Shown here in pieces: positions 1-9,910 of a stretch of 64,000 bases of DNA (its first letter is position 1; the number at the start of each line of letters is the position of its first letter). The position numbers and the translations under genes are program-made. This DNA comes from an uncultured Gammaproteobacteria bacterium. Its GTDB lineage: Bacteria; Patescibacteriota; Microgenomatia; Levybacterales; UBA12049. The notes under the pieces are model-generated. The model was not told the DNA's origin and made no database searches. It saw only the letters and a program-made list of their open reading frames with translations. The stretch is taken from NCBI GenBank assembly GCA_964490105.1, contig CAZAZU010000001.1, forward strand, positions 370,361 to 434,360, in the 5' to 3' direction.

Positions 1-88
1 TTGATGAGCATAGTCCCGAAATCGTAACAGATGACTTATCTTTTTGCAATAGGTCTAAACATTACTATAGCAATATTTACGAGTCTAA

Positions 89-1378
89 TTAGGGTATGAA
101 TGACTTTATAAGATCTATTATTTTCTTAGGAGCTTTACCCATCCTGATTTGAGGAATTCCGGGAATCTGCATTTTAAAATTAGATGTGGATTCTACCCCC
201 ATCATTGCACCATAAATTGAAAGCCCTACTACAGCTGAGTAAGGAGAATCCTGTATTTCATCAATTATTCCTTTTATATTTGTCGGCTGTCCAATTCTTA
301 CCGGCATGGCGAGCATTCTCTTTGCACAATCGACCGCTCCTACTGTTCGCGCGCCTCCTCCTGTTATGACCAATCCTGATGGAGTCTGTCCACCGAATCC
401 GGATTTCTTAATTTCAAGTCCGACCATAGTAAATATTTCATTAAGTCGGGGTCTAATAATACCGTCAATTAAAGTTTTCTGAGAAACTTTACTCAATTGC
501 TCAGGTAGTCCTAAAGAGGCCAAGTCTACTTCGTCCGACGCTTTCTTTTCCTTAGCTTCTCCTTCTCCCTCATCAAATCTAAGCACTTTTTTTATAGGTT
601 TTGAGAGGAAAAGTTTTACTTTTTCAGCAGACTCAAGTGAAATTCTAAGTCCGATAGCTAAATCATTCGTGATATGTCTTGCTCCGATTGGCAAAACTCC
701 CGAAAAAGCTTGGGAACCATCAATGTAAATTGAAATATCAGTAGTCCCCGCACCGATATCAACCAGCACAACTCCAAGCTCTTTTTCTGTGTCAGATAAA
801 ACTGACAAACCTGAAGAATAACCTGAGAAAACTAAGGCATCCACATCAACTCCGACCTGAGAAAATGCCTTTTCTAAATTTCTAACAGTTGGACTTCCTG
901 CGGTAATAATATGTGTCTCTACCTCTAATCTTGTACCGCTCATTCCAACTGGATCTTTTATTCCTTCTTGGCCATCTACTGTATAACTTCTAGGTAAAAC
1001 GTGAATTATTTCTCGGGTAGATGGGAGAGAAATTGCTTTTGCGGCGTCAATAACACGGGACACATCAGTAGAATTAATTTCACCCTCAGGCTGTGCAACA
1101 GCGACAACTCCTCTAGAGTTTTGAGATTCTATGTTCCCGCCGCCAACGGATGCAATGATTCGAGATACAGATACTCCAGCCATTCTTTCTGCCGCTTCAA
1201 TTGAGGAATTGATCGCAAGAACAGCCTCTTCAATATTTACAATTTGTCCTTTTTTTATGCCCGTTGAGGGTACTTCTGAGACACCCATAACATTTACGAA
1301 TTCATCAACTCGCGTTATTATGGTTATGATTTTTGAGGTACCTATGTCTACTCCAACAACAATTTTTCCTTCAGTCAT
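89..1378 (-). CDS. ftsA: Cell division protein FtsA (actin-like ATPase)
   Basis: The N-terminal VGVDIGTSKI phosphate-1 motif and actin-fold glycine loops (DIGAGTTD, ITGGGA) match FtsA. The gene is last in the dcw cluster, where ftsA is expected. Confidence 0.88.
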   Translation of the reverse strand: MTEGKIVVGVDIGTSKIITIITRVDEFVNVMGVSEVPSTGIKKGQIVNIEEAVLAINSSIEAAERMAGVSVSRIIASVGGGNIESQNSRGVVAVAQPEGEINSTDVSRVIDAAKAISLPSTREIIHVLPRSYTVDGQEGIKDPVGMSGTRLEVETHIITAGSPTVRNLEKAFSQVGVDVDALVFSGYSSGLSVLSDTEKELGVVLVDIGAGTTDISIYIDGSQAFSGVLPIGARHITNDLAIGLRISLESAEKVKLFLSKPIKKVLRFDEGEGEAKEKKASDEVDLASLGLPEQLSKVSQKTLIDGIIRPRLNEIFTMVGLEIKKSGFGGQTPSGLVITGGGARTVGAVDCAKRMLAMPVRIGQPTNIKGIIDEIQDSPYSAVVGLSIYGAMMGVESTSNFKMQIPGIPQIRMGKAPKKIIDLIKSFIP

Positions 1379-1381
1379 GAT

Positions 1382-1798
1382 TTAAAATGCAATGATCGGT
1401 TTTTGATAACTAAAATCAAGACGTTTAAACGCCTTACCCTCTATTTTAAGCTGAGAGAGGATGAGTTGTAAAGAGGTTATCTGTTCTTCTAAATCTTTTT
1501 TAGGATCTATTATCGCCTCAGCATTATCTTCAAATATTATTTTATACTTCAGGTCTTTTGTAGTCTCCAGATCTTTATATGCAATTTTCTTTTCGCGAAG
1601 AGAATTTACTATCAGTTTTCCATTTGAAGTTTGATCTTTTGAGAGCGGGTTAATAATAGGCGGATCTTTCTCTAGGAACACCATGAAAAAAAGCATAGAA
1701 GCAATAATTAGAAGACCAAGAAAAATTAAAATTATTCCGAGTCTTTTTCTGGAGACTTCCTTCTTCTGTTTTTTAGTTAGAGTTCTTCGAGGCAGCAT
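1382..1798 (-). CDS. Short FtsQ/DivIB-like bitopic protein (N-terminal TM plus small POTRA-like ectodomain)
   Basis: It sits between murG and ftsA, the canonical ftsQ slot. It has a basic N-terminus followed by one TM helix. At 138 aa it is far shorter than typical FtsQ. Confidence 0.4.
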   Translation of the reverse strand: MLPRRTLTKKQKKEVSRKRLGIILIFLGLLIIASMLFFMVFLEKDPPIINPLSKDQTSNGKLIVNSLREKKIAYKDLETTKDLKYKIIFEDNAEAIIDPKKDLEEQITSLQLILSQLKIEGKAFKRLDFSYQKPIIAF

Positions 1799-2876
1799 AA
1801 ATTTCCTGAGCTATTTTCTGGGCTGCATTTTTGGGAAAATGTGATTTATGATGTTTTATTTTATAATTCTTGAGATTATCCATCATCCATGTTACTTCTC
1901 TTAAAAAAATGTCAGGAGTTAAAGATTTTTGATATCCTACTTCCCCGAGTCCTAGTTTTTTTAAAAACTCTGCATTCTTTATCTGTTCATCTTTTTGAGA
2001 AATTGGCAAGGGAATTAAATAAGATGGTTTTTCTAAAACAATAAGTTCTGAAATAGTATTTACCCCAGCCCTTGAAATAACAAGATCAGCCCTTTTCATT
2101 ACAGCTCCTACTTCATATGGTGAATAAAATTTGGAAATAATATACCTGTCTCTTTTTCCATTATTTAGCCCGTCTTTAAGAATCGTCAATTTGTCAAAAT
2201 CTTTAAACTCCTTGGAGTCACCTGTTTGATGGATAAGAATATATTTATCTAAAAGCTTAGCAAGCGTCTGAGAAATTAAATGATTTATAAAATGTGACCC
2301 CTGACTTCCGCCCGTTATGTAAATAACCGGGTCTTTTGAATATAATGAAAACCTTTTTCTCGGATAATAAATAGTTTGCCTAACTGGATTTCCGGTAAGT
2401 ACTACTTTTTCTCTAGGAAAATATTTAAGCGAGGTATCAAAAGAAATGCAAACTTTATCAGCAAATTTAGAGATAAACCTATTTGCACCACCCGCCTCAA
2501 GCGTCTGTTCGTGAATTACGACCGGAATTTTCAAGGCTTTTGCAGCAAGTGTCACTGGAACACTAACATAACCCCCGAATCCCACGACAACGTCCGGCTT
2601 AAATCTTTTTAAGATTAAAACTGCACGAAGAAATCCTCCTGGAGTTTTTGCAAATGAAGGAAGAGTATGACGAGTCAAAGATCTTTGAAATCTGCCGGTT
2701 TTTATTTCCGCGAATGGAATTTTCTTTTCAAGAATGGTAGTGTACTCAAGAGAAACTGCCTTGTCTCCCTCAATAGCGTGTTTTCTTCCGATATAAAGAA
2801 TGTCAGCTTTTCCCTCAAGCTCTTCAATAACTGAAAGCGCAGGTGTCAGATGTCCGCCAATTATTACAATTTTCAT
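1773..2876 (-). CDS. murG: UDP-GlcNAc:undecaprenyl-PP-MurNAc-pentapeptide GlcNAc transferase MurG
   Basis: The N-terminal IIGGHLTPAL (G-loop 1) and YITGGSQGS (G-loop 3) are typical of MurG. The dcw context supports the call. Confidence 0.88.
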   Translation of the reverse strand: MKIVIIGGHLTPALSVIEELEGKADILYIGRKHAIEGDKAVSLEYTTILEKKIPFAEIKTGRFQRSLTRHTLPSFAKTPGGFLRAVLILKRFKPDVVVGFGGYVSVPVTLAAKALKIPVVIHEQTLEAGGANRFISKFADKVCISFDTSLKYFPREKVVLTGNPVRQTIYYPRKRFSLYSKDPVIYITGGSQGSHFINHLISQTLAKLLDKYILIHQTGDSKEFKDFDKLTILKDGLNNGKRDRYIISKFYSPYEVGAVMKRADLVISRAGVNTISELIVLEKPSYLIPLPISQKDEQIKNAEFLKKLGLGEVGYQKSLTPDIFLREVTWMMDNLKNYKIKHHKSHFPKNAAQKIAQEIYAASKNSN

Positions 2877-2957
2877 AAATTAATTTTCAATTTACAATTT
2901 TTAATTTTCATTGAATTTTTAAACATTTAGATTTCATTTCAAATTTTAAATTAAAAA

Positions 2958-4097
2958 TTATCTGTGCCATTTCTTAAACAAACTTACACTTGGTTGAGAT
3001 GCGCTCTGGCGCGAAATATTTAGAAGAATTCCAATTGAAATTAGATTAACTGTTAAGGCAGATCCTCCATAAGAAATAAATGGAAGCGGTACTCCGGTAA
3101 GTGGAAGAAGTGCAGTTTGTGCTCCCAGATTAACTGCTGCTTGAAGCGCGAGATAAGAGGTAAGTCCTCCTGCTAATAATTTTCCAAACGAATCTTTGGC
3201 TCTAACTGAGATATAAAAACCTCTATAAATCACAAATAACATAACTAATATAAAAATTGTAACACCAAAAAATCCCACCTCTTCAGCTATTATTGCAAAA
3301 ATTGAATCAGTGGTCGCTTCCGGAAGATATGCATATTTCTGAAGAGAATTTCCAATACCGACTCCAAAAAGTCCGCCGGAACCTAGAGCAATTAGAATTT
3401 GTCTTAAGTGATATGAGGAAGTTGCGATATCCTGGTGAGGATTTAAAAATGTAGCCAGTCTTGCAGCTCTATAAGGCTCAAGCAAGATTAACCCCAGTCC
3501 TCCGATTCCGACAACTGGGGCAAGCGCTAAAATATGTAATATACTTCCTCCTGAAAGAAAATATAAAATAACTGAAAGCCCGAGTATAACTACTGCTGTT
3601 CCCATATCAGGTTGAAGCATAACAAGCCCTATTACAAATCCAATTAACATAAGAAATGCTATGAATCTCCCTTTTTCTTTGGTTGAAAACCAAGCTGATA
3701 AATAAATCACAAGTGAAAGTTTTACCACCTCTGATGGCTGCAATACGAAAAATCCTAAATTAATCCATCTTTTTGCTCCTAATGCTGATATTCCAAGCCC
3801 TGGTACGAAAACTAAAAATAAAAGTCCGATAGCTGTAAGAAGAATCGGGAGAGCAAGATTATAATACTTATGGTAATCAATAAATGAGACTACTGTTAAT
3901 GCGCTAAAACCTATGACTACCCACATCATTTGATCTTTTATATAACGATATTTATCTCCGAAATCTCTGAAAGCTACATAACTTGAGGCATCGTAAATCA
4001 TGAATAACCCGAAGGCAGTTAAAATCATGACCGATAAAAGTAAGGAAAAATCTGACTTTCTTATTGAGATTTTTTTTACTTTCAACATGGTATTCAT
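2958..4097 (-). CDS. ftsW: SEDS-family peptidoglycan polymerase FtsW/RodA
   Basis: A roughly 10-TM protein with a SEDS-type large periplasmic loop. Its position between mraY and murG matches ftsW. Confidence 0.82.
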   Translation of the reverse strand: MNTMLKVKKISIRKSDFSLLLSVMILTAFGLFMIYDASSYVAFRDFGDKYRYIKDQMMWVVIGFSALTVVSFIDYHKYYNLALPILLTAIGLLFLVFVPGLGISALGAKRWINLGFFVLQPSEVVKLSLVIYLSAWFSTKEKGRFIAFLMLIGFVIGLVMLQPDMGTAVVILGLSVILYFLSGGSILHILALAPVVGIGGLGLILLEPYRAARLATFLNPHQDIATSSYHLRQILIALGSGGLFGVGIGNSLQKYAYLPEATTDSIFAIIAEEVGFFGVTIFILVMLFVIYRGFYISVRAKDSFGKLLAGGLTSYLALQAAVNLGAQTALLPLTGVPLPFISYGGSALTVNLISIGILLNISRQSASQPSVSLFKKWHR

Positions 4098-4137
4098 ATA
4101 GTATACGTAAAAAAATGAAAGGGAGAAAGAGGGCGCG

Positions 4138-5160
4138 TTACTTAGATAAAACCGCTATAAATAGACCTAAAACTGCAAAGAAAAATCCTAAGAGCCATGC
4201 ACGCATTACAATCTTTGGTTCTTCCCATCCTCTTTTTAGGAGAAGCAAATGAAAAGGTGCAACCGGAAAAATTTTTCTCCCTAAATATTTCTTGCTTAAA
4301 ATCTGAAGTAGAGATGATCCAATCTCAATAATAAACACTCCTCCAATTACAGCAAGAGCTAAAATCTTGTTGTTTAAGAGACCAATAACAGCGAGTGACG
4401 CACCAAGTGACATAGACCCCACATCTCCCAGCCAGATCCTTGCTTTATAAATATTAAAGTATAAAAATGCAGAAACGCTTCCAATCAAAATCGCGATAAA
4501 AATCGCGAGTGTTGAATCAAGAGCAGTTGAAGAAATTGCCAAAAATGCACCAAGACAAATAAGAAGTAACCCCGGCGCTAGACCATCAAGTCCATCTGCG
4601 ATATTAAATGCGTTAACAAAGGAAACAATTGCAAACATTGAAAGGAAAATATAAAAAATTCCTAAATCTAATGTTCCAATTCCGGTAATAAAAATTGATT
4701 TATACCCGAGAGGAAAATATAGAATTAATGAAATTAAAAATGCGAGACCCCATTGGATTAAGAATTTATGGCGAAATCTTAGACCAAAAAACGCGTGTTT
4801 CGTGGGATTATTTACAAGTTTTTTAATATCATCATAAAGACCTAAGATTCCAAAACTTATAAACGAAAAGAGAAGTGCCAACACTTCCCAAAGCTTTATG
4901 TCTACGCTAAAAATTCCATAGCTCCAGAGAGATAAAACGGTTACAACTCCTATAATCAAAGCACCCCCTCCAAAGGGGGTTCCGACTTTCCATTTGTTTG
5001 ACTTATCAAAAAAAGGCGTAGGCTTATTAAAAATATCTACTGTCCTTTGATTTTGACGTCTAAGCTTTACTTTATACAAAAAGTCTATGAATGGAATTAT
5101 AAGAATTCCAGTCGCGACAGTGGACAAAAGCATGAGTCCTAAAAGCTTTGCTAAATCCAT
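4138..5160 (-). CDS. mraY: Phospho-N-acetylmuramoyl-pentapeptide transferase MraY
   Basis: The polytopic protein carries NAFNIADGLDGLAPG, the MraY/WecA DDxxD-type motif. The dcw context fits. Confidence 0.88.
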   Translation of the reverse strand: MDLAKLLGLMLLSTVATGILIIPFIDFLYKVKLRRQNQRTVDIFNKPTPFFDKSNKWKVGTPFGGGALIIGVVTVLSLWSYGIFSVDIKLWEVLALLFSFISFGILGLYDDIKKLVNNPTKHAFFGLRFRHKFLIQWGLAFLISLILYFPLGYKSIFITGIGTLDLGIFYIFLSMFAIVSFVNAFNIADGLDGLAPGLLLICLGAFLAISSTALDSTLAIFIAILIGSVSAFLYFNIYKARIWLGDVGSMSLGASLAVIGLLNNKILALAVIGGVFIIEIGSSLLQILSKKYLGRKIFPVAPFHLLLLKRGWEEPKIVMRAWLLGFFFAVLGLFIAVLSK

Positions 5161-5208
5161 AGATTATAATTATATCTTTTGATACACTTTTATTCAAATT
5201 TTGGAGTT

Positions 5209-5949
5209 TTACGAGTTTAGTTTTTGAAATAGATTTTCAGCTTCACGGAGTTCATCTGGAGTATTTACGCCTCTCCATGCAATAGAACCTCCCTTAACTG
5301 CCTCAAATTTTTCGTTATTAATTTGAGCAAGTTCAATTAAATTAACTAAATAATATTCACCGGTAACTTCGCTTTTCTTAACTTGAGGCAAAAATTTTCT
5401 CAAGAATGAGACGCTAAAAACATAACAAGCTGGATTTATTTCTTTAATTTTCTTTTCATCTTCCCCTGCATCTTTTTCTTCAACAATTCTTAACACTACT
5501 CCATTCTCATCTCTCACTACTCTTCCAAGACCAGTCGGATCGGATAATTCTACAGTTAAAAAGGTTAACGCATTTTTATTCGCAAGATGAGTATCTATCA
5601 TTTTTCTTAGAGCTTCTTCTTTGTAGAATGCTGAATCATCCCCCTGAATAACTAGAATATTTTCAACACCATCTGGCAACTGTGAAATTGCAGTTTGAAC
5701 AGCATGCGCAGTCCCAAGTCTCTCTAGCTGCTCAGCATAAATTACATCTTTCGTTACCGCTTTCATCACTGATTCTTTTGCAAAACCTACTACAATTACT
5801 ACCGGGTCTACATTTAAACGTTCCAGAAGATCGAGTCCGTGCACTATCATGGGCTTACCGGCAAGAGGAAGTGCTACTTTATTTGTTGTAGTTGAATTCA
5901 TGCGAGTTCCCTTACCCGCGGCTAAAATTACTCCTCCTATTTTATTCAT
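5209..5949 (-). CDS. Stand-alone sugar-1-phosphate nucleotidyltransferase, GlmU uridyltransferase-domain-like (no LbH acetyltransferase domain)
   Basis: ILAAGKGTRM, LPLAGKPM, AEQLERLGTAHA and LTVELSDPTGLGRVVRDENGVV...EEKDA...IKEINPACYVF align closely with the E. coli GlmU N-terminal domain. The ORF stops after about 246 aa, before any hexapeptide-repeat region. Confidence 0.7.
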   Translation of the reverse strand: MNKIGGVILAAGKGTRMNSTTTNKVALPLAGKPMIVHGLDLLERLNVDPVVIVVGFAKESVMKAVTKDVIYAEQLERLGTAHAVQTAISQLPDGVENILVIQGDDSAFYKEEALRKMIDTHLANKNALTFLTVELSDPTGLGRVVRDENGVVLRIVEEKDAGEDEKKIKEINPACYVFSVSFLRKFLPQVKKSEVTGEYYLVNLIELAQINNEKFEAVKGGSIAWRGVNTPDELREAENLFQKLNS

Positions 5950-7276
5950 CTCTTTCCCGAACTACCTCTGCTCCTAAATTATTTAGTCTATCCTCAAACT
6001 TTTCATAACCTCTATCTAAATGGTGAACCTCTAAGATAACACTTTCCCCCTGCGCTGCTAAGGCAGCTAAAACAAGTGTGGCTCCGGCTCTGAGATCAGT
6101 TATCGTTACTACAGCGTTATGTAGATTTGTAGGTCCAGTTATTTTCGCAGCGTGTTTGTTGTCTTTTTTATCATCTTCTATATTAAAATTATAAAACTCT
6201 TCAGGATTCTCAACCTCTGGATTAAATAACTCAATTTCTGCTCCCATTTTCTGAAGCTCTCTCACATAACTAAATCTGCTTTCGTAAACTCTTTCATGAA
6301 TTATTGACTCTCCGACGGCTTGAGTCATGAGAACAGCCCATGGCGCTTGCCAATCCGTCATAAATCCTGGATAAACCCATGTCTCTATGTCCGTTGCTGT
6401 AATCTGGCCTTTATAAAAAAATCTGATACCATTTTCTTTTATTTCTACTCCTCCTCCAATTACCTCTAGTTTATTTACAAATTCCAAAATATCTGTTTTT
6501 CTTATATTCTCTATAAAAATATCCCCTCTTGTGATAATTGCAGCAATCGCTAAGGTCACTGCTTCATTTCTATCGGGCCCGATCTGGAAAGTTGCCCCGC
6601 TTAGCTTTTCAACTCCGGTAATTTCAATTGTTCTCTTATCTTTCTTAACTATTCGAGCTCCCATTTTATTTAAGAAAGAAATTAATTCATCTATCTCTGG
6701 TTCTTCCGCAGCATTTCTTAGAGTCGTTACACCCTTAGCTAATACTGCTGCCATAAGAAGTGTTTCTGTTCCAGTGTGAGTGCTTTTTTTAAAAGTGTAA
6801 TCTGCGCCAGTTAATCCGTTTGGTGCTTTCATATAAAAGTACCCATCAGAGCTTCTGTACTCAATTTCGACTCCCATGGCCCTTAGCCCCTCAACAGTTC
6901 TATCAATCGGCCTTGCGCCAATTCTGCATCCTCCGGGATTCGGAATTATTGCCTCATTCATTCTTGCGAGAAGCGGGGACATAAAAAGAGCTGAAGTTCT
7001 GATTTCAGCGCTATTCTCAAGATCTATTTTTGTCTTTGAAAAATTTGGTAAATTTACAATCAGCCTGTGATCATCTTTTTTAACACTTCCCCCAAGTTCT
7101 TCGATAATATCCACCATAGTAAATAAATCTGAAATTAGAGGTACATTTTCTATGACTATTTCCTCATTTGTTAAACATGCAGCAACTAGCGCTTTCAATG
7201 CGACATTTTTAGCTCCACTAACTTGAGTAGTTCCACTTAATTTTTTACCGCCAGTTATTATAAATTTATCATCCAT
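5942..7276 (-). CDS. murA: UDP-GlcNAc 1-carboxyvinyltransferase MurA
   Basis: The catalytic Cys loop is PNPGGCRIGARPIDRTVEGL. The EPT-fold repeats are visible and the length fits. Confidence 0.9.
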   Translation of the reverse strand: MDDKFIITGGKKLSGTTQVSGAKNVALKALVAACLTNEEIVIENVPLISDLFTMVDIIEELGGSVKKDDHRLIVNLPNFSKTKIDLENSAEIRTSALFMSPLLARMNEAIIPNPGGCRIGARPIDRTVEGLRAMGVEIEYRSSDGYFYMKAPNGLTGADYTFKKSTHTGTETLLMAAVLAKGVTTLRNAAEEPEIDELISFLNKMGARIVKKDKRTIEITGVEKLSGATFQIGPDRNEAVTLAIAAIITRGDIFIENIRKTDILEFVNKLEVIGGGVEIKENGIRFFYKGQITATDIETWVYPGFMTDWQAPWAVLMTQAVGESIIHERVYESRFSYVRELQKMGAEIELFNPEVENPEEFYNFNIEDDKKDNKHAAKITGPTNLHNAVVTITDLRAGATLVLAALAAQGESVILEVHHLDRGYEKFEDRLNNLGAEVVRERDE

Positions 7277-8693
7277 CTAAAATTTCCTTTCCAATTTTAT
7301 AAACATCCCCTGCTCCCATTGTTATTATAAGGGTATTTTTATCAAAAGTCTTAGAAGTCACGTATTTTACCACATCAGAAAGCAACGGAAAATAAAACGC
7401 ATCTTTTCCAAACTTTTTTATTTCAGAAACTAATAAGCTTGAAGAAAAATTCTCGTCAATTTTCTCTCTGAATGATGGAAATATTTCCGCAATCAAAACT
7501 AGATCTGCATCAGAAAAGGAAGTAGAAAATTCTTTAAAAAGAGCTTTTGTTCTTGAATACATGTGCGGTTGGAAAACAGGAATTATTTTGTATTTTGGAA
7601 ACGCTTTTCGAAAAGCCATAAGCGTATTTTTTATTTCAACTGGATGATGCGCATAGTCGTCATATAAAAGTCCTCCTCCGGGAAGGCTTCCGATAAATTC
7701 AGATCTTCTCTTAGTTCCCTTAAAATTACCAAGCCCCTTTTTTATCTGCTCTACGGTTAGCCCTGCTTCAATTCCAGTAACTATTGCACCCAATGCATTT
7801 AGTGCATTTTGCTCCCCAAACACATTCATTGAAAATTGCCCTAAGGAAGCTCCGTGAGACTTTACCCAGAAAAACATTTTGTCACTTACAAAATTAACCT
7901 TCTCTAAAACATAATCATTATCAGGAGACATTCCATAGGTAATTTTCCTTGTGTTTACTCTTTTTAGGAAATCTCGATTATCAGCGCCATCACCGCAAGC
8001 AATTAAAACTCCTGATGGGGTAATTTTTTCTGTAAAATCTATAAATACTTTTTTTATTTCTTCTAAACTCCCGTAAATATCCGGATGATCAAAATCAATA
8101 TTAGTCACAACGAGTATCTGAGGGTTCTGATATAAAAACTTAGGAACTTTATCATCTATTATATCTGCAAAATATTCATCAGATTCAGTTATGAAATAAT
8201 TACCGCGTCCGTAGTGCCCCGATGAACCAAGAGAAGGTATATCAGATGTTCCGATTACATACGAAGGATTTAATCCTGCACTTTCAAATATAGTAGCAAC
8301 CATTGCAGTTGTAGTAGTTTTACCATGAGAACCGGCCACAGATATTCCTTTTAATTTTTTTCCAAAAATATCTCCTTTTTGAAAAACACCAAGCGCCTGA
8401 CCCTGATTCAAAACATTTATCCCAAACTCTTTTGCTTTTAAAACCTCTGGATTTTCTGATCCCCCGTGCGCTGCGGTAGCAATTACAAGATCTACTCCTT
8501 CAATGTTTGATTCTGAAAATTCTTCAATCTTAATAATCCCGGCTTTATTTAACTCTTTGTCTGTAATAAATACGTCAGGGACGTCTGAACCAGTGACCTT
8601 AAACCCGGCTTCTTTGGCGATAATCGCAAGCGGAGTCATACCAACACCCTTTATACCTGTAAAGTGGATTTTCTTAATTTTTTTATAATCCAT
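7269..8693 (-). CDS. murC: UDP-N-acetylmuramate--L-alanine ligase MurC
   Basis: The N-terminal HFTGIKGVGM (MurC HFxGIGGxGM motif) and the P-loop AGSHGKTTTTAM identify MurC. The C-terminal domain follows the Mur ligase pattern. Confidence 0.85.
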   Translation of the reverse strand: MDYKKIKKIHFTGIKGVGMTPLAIIAKEAGFKVTGSDVPDVFITDKELNKAGIIKIEEFSESNIEGVDLVIATAAHGGSENPEVLKAKEFGINVLNQGQALGVFQKGDIFGKKLKGISVAGSHGKTTTTAMVATIFESAGLNPSYVIGTSDIPSLGSSGHYGRGNYFITESDEYFADIIDDKVPKFLYQNPQILVVTNIDFDHPDIYGSLEEIKKVFIDFTEKITPSGVLIACGDGADNRDFLKRVNTRKITYGMSPDNDYVLEKVNFVSDKMFFWVKSHGASLGQFSMNVFGEQNALNALGAIVTGIEAGLTVEQIKKGLGNFKGTKRRSEFIGSLPGGGLLYDDYAHHPVEIKNTLMAFRKAFPKYKIIPVFQPHMYSRTKALFKEFSTSFSDADLVLIAEIFPSFREKIDENFSSSLLVSEIKKFGKDAFYFPLLSDVVKYVTSKTFDKNTLIITMGAGDVYKIGKEILDG

Positions 8694-8702
8694 ATTTTAA
8701 AA

Positions 8703-9890
8703 TTATTTTCGAGTTCTAATTGCGCTCTCTACTACTTTGTATTCGTCCCATGGCAAATCGCTGTTTCCATACGTCATAGATTTCTCGTGAGCTTTTCCAG
8801 TTATTACAACTAGATCGCCTTTTCCAGCCATTTCAATTGCGGCATTTATCGCATCTTTCCGGTCGGCCATCTTAAATACTTTTGCATCTTTTTTCTTTAT
8901 TCCGCTCGCGATCTCATCCATTATCTTATTTACGTCCTCACTTCTCGGATCCTCAGCGGTCAAAATTAAAATATCCGCATGTTTTGAAGAAGTTTCTCCC
9001 ATAAAAGGTCTTTTGGCATGATCCCTTTCCCCAGCTGAACCGAAAACATGAATTATTCTGCCTTTTGCTTGCGAACGCAACGAACCAAGTAATTGATCAA
9101 AAGCGTTTGGCGTGTGTGCAAAATCTATAAGAACCGCAAACTCTTCTTCATACACAAAATCTACTCTTCCAAGAGGAAGTTTAAATGTTTTTATAGCGCT
9201 TCTTATTTCTTCATTAGAAAGCCCTAACGACTTAGCAACAGCTGCCGCAGCTAGAACATTGTACTTATTAAAACTATCTATCATTACACTAGATTCAAAA
9301 GAAAAATTCTTGATATTAACATCAGAACTTTCAGTAAATCCATAGGTAATCCAATTTTTATTTTCTTTAGTATTTTTTGCTTCTGATAAAAGCGTATAGG
9401 AACCATCATCTCTGTTAACAACTGCGATTTTTGCCATTATTAAAAGTTTTTCTTTGGTATGCAGATAATTATCAAAGGTCTTGTGATAGTCTAAATGTTC
9501 GCTAGTTATATTTGTTAACACTCCTATCTTAAAAGGCACACCCCAGATCCTATGTTGATCAAGAGCATGAGAAGTTACCTCCAGAACAAAATATTCGCTG
9601 CCGGATTGCACTGCTTGTCTGAGAAATTTTTGAAGCGCAAACGGATTAGGGGTTGTTACATGAAACCCGGTTTCATATTCACGTTTTCCGACAGACGCAC
9701 CTATACTTGTAAGCATAGAAACATTCTTACCACTTGATTTTAAAATGTGATAAATCAGATTAACTGTTGTAGTTTTTCCATCGGTTCCGGTAACACCGAT
9801 TACAGTTAGTTTCCTGCCTGGAAAAAGATATGTTAGGTTTGCGAATAAAGCAACTATATTATGGTAAACGTTTTTTATTTTTTGAAACAT
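8703..9890 (-). CDS. murE: Mur ligase, MurE-like (UDP-MurNAc-L-Ala-D-Glu: diamino acid ligase) lacking the N-terminal domain
   Basis: GVTGTDGKTTT P-loop, EVTSHALDQHR and SEHLDYHKTFDNYLHTKEKL resemble the MurE central domain. The P-loop is at residue ~40 rather than ~110, so the N-terminal UDP-binding domain is missing. Confidence 0.62.
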   Translation of the reverse strand: MFQKIKNVYHNIVALFANLTYLFPGRKLTVIGVTGTDGKTTTVNLIYHILKSSGKNVSMLTSIGASVGKREYETGFHVTTPNPFALQKFLRQAVQSGSEYFVLEVTSHALDQHRIWGVPFKIGVLTNITSEHLDYHKTFDNYLHTKEKLLIMAKIAVVNRDDGSYTLLSEAKNTKENKNWITYGFTESSDVNIKNFSFESSVMIDSFNKYNVLAAAAVAKSLGLSNEEIRSAIKTFKLPLGRVDFVYEEEFAVLIDFAHTPNAFDQLLGSLRSQAKGRIIHVFGSAGERDHAKRPFMGETSSKHADILILTAEDPRSEDVNKIMDEIASGIKKKDAKVFKMADRKDAINAAIEMAGKGDLVVITGKAHEKSMTYGNSDLPWDEYKVVESAIRTRK

Positions 9891-9910
9891 ATATTAATTA
9901 TACTAATTAA

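Noticed and set aside
1-88. Possible start of ftsZ downstream of ftsA at the left edge
   Set aside because: Only about 3 codons (ATG at 9-11, minus strand) would lie inside the window, so the call cannot be supported.
2877-2957. AT-rich 81-bp ftsW/murG spacer with reiterated aatttt / ttcaattt units
   Set aside because: This is probably plain AT-rich spacer or a weak internal promoter. The repeats are short and degenerate, so I did not call them a feature.
5209-5949. Alternative call for the dcw-embedded nucleotidyltransferase as MobA or LicC-type cytidylyltransferase
   Set aside because: Full-length collinearity with the GlmU N-terminal domain, including the LTV-LSDPTG-GR and EEKDA-IKEIN blocks, is much stronger than the generic GxGTRM N-terminal motif shared by all these families.
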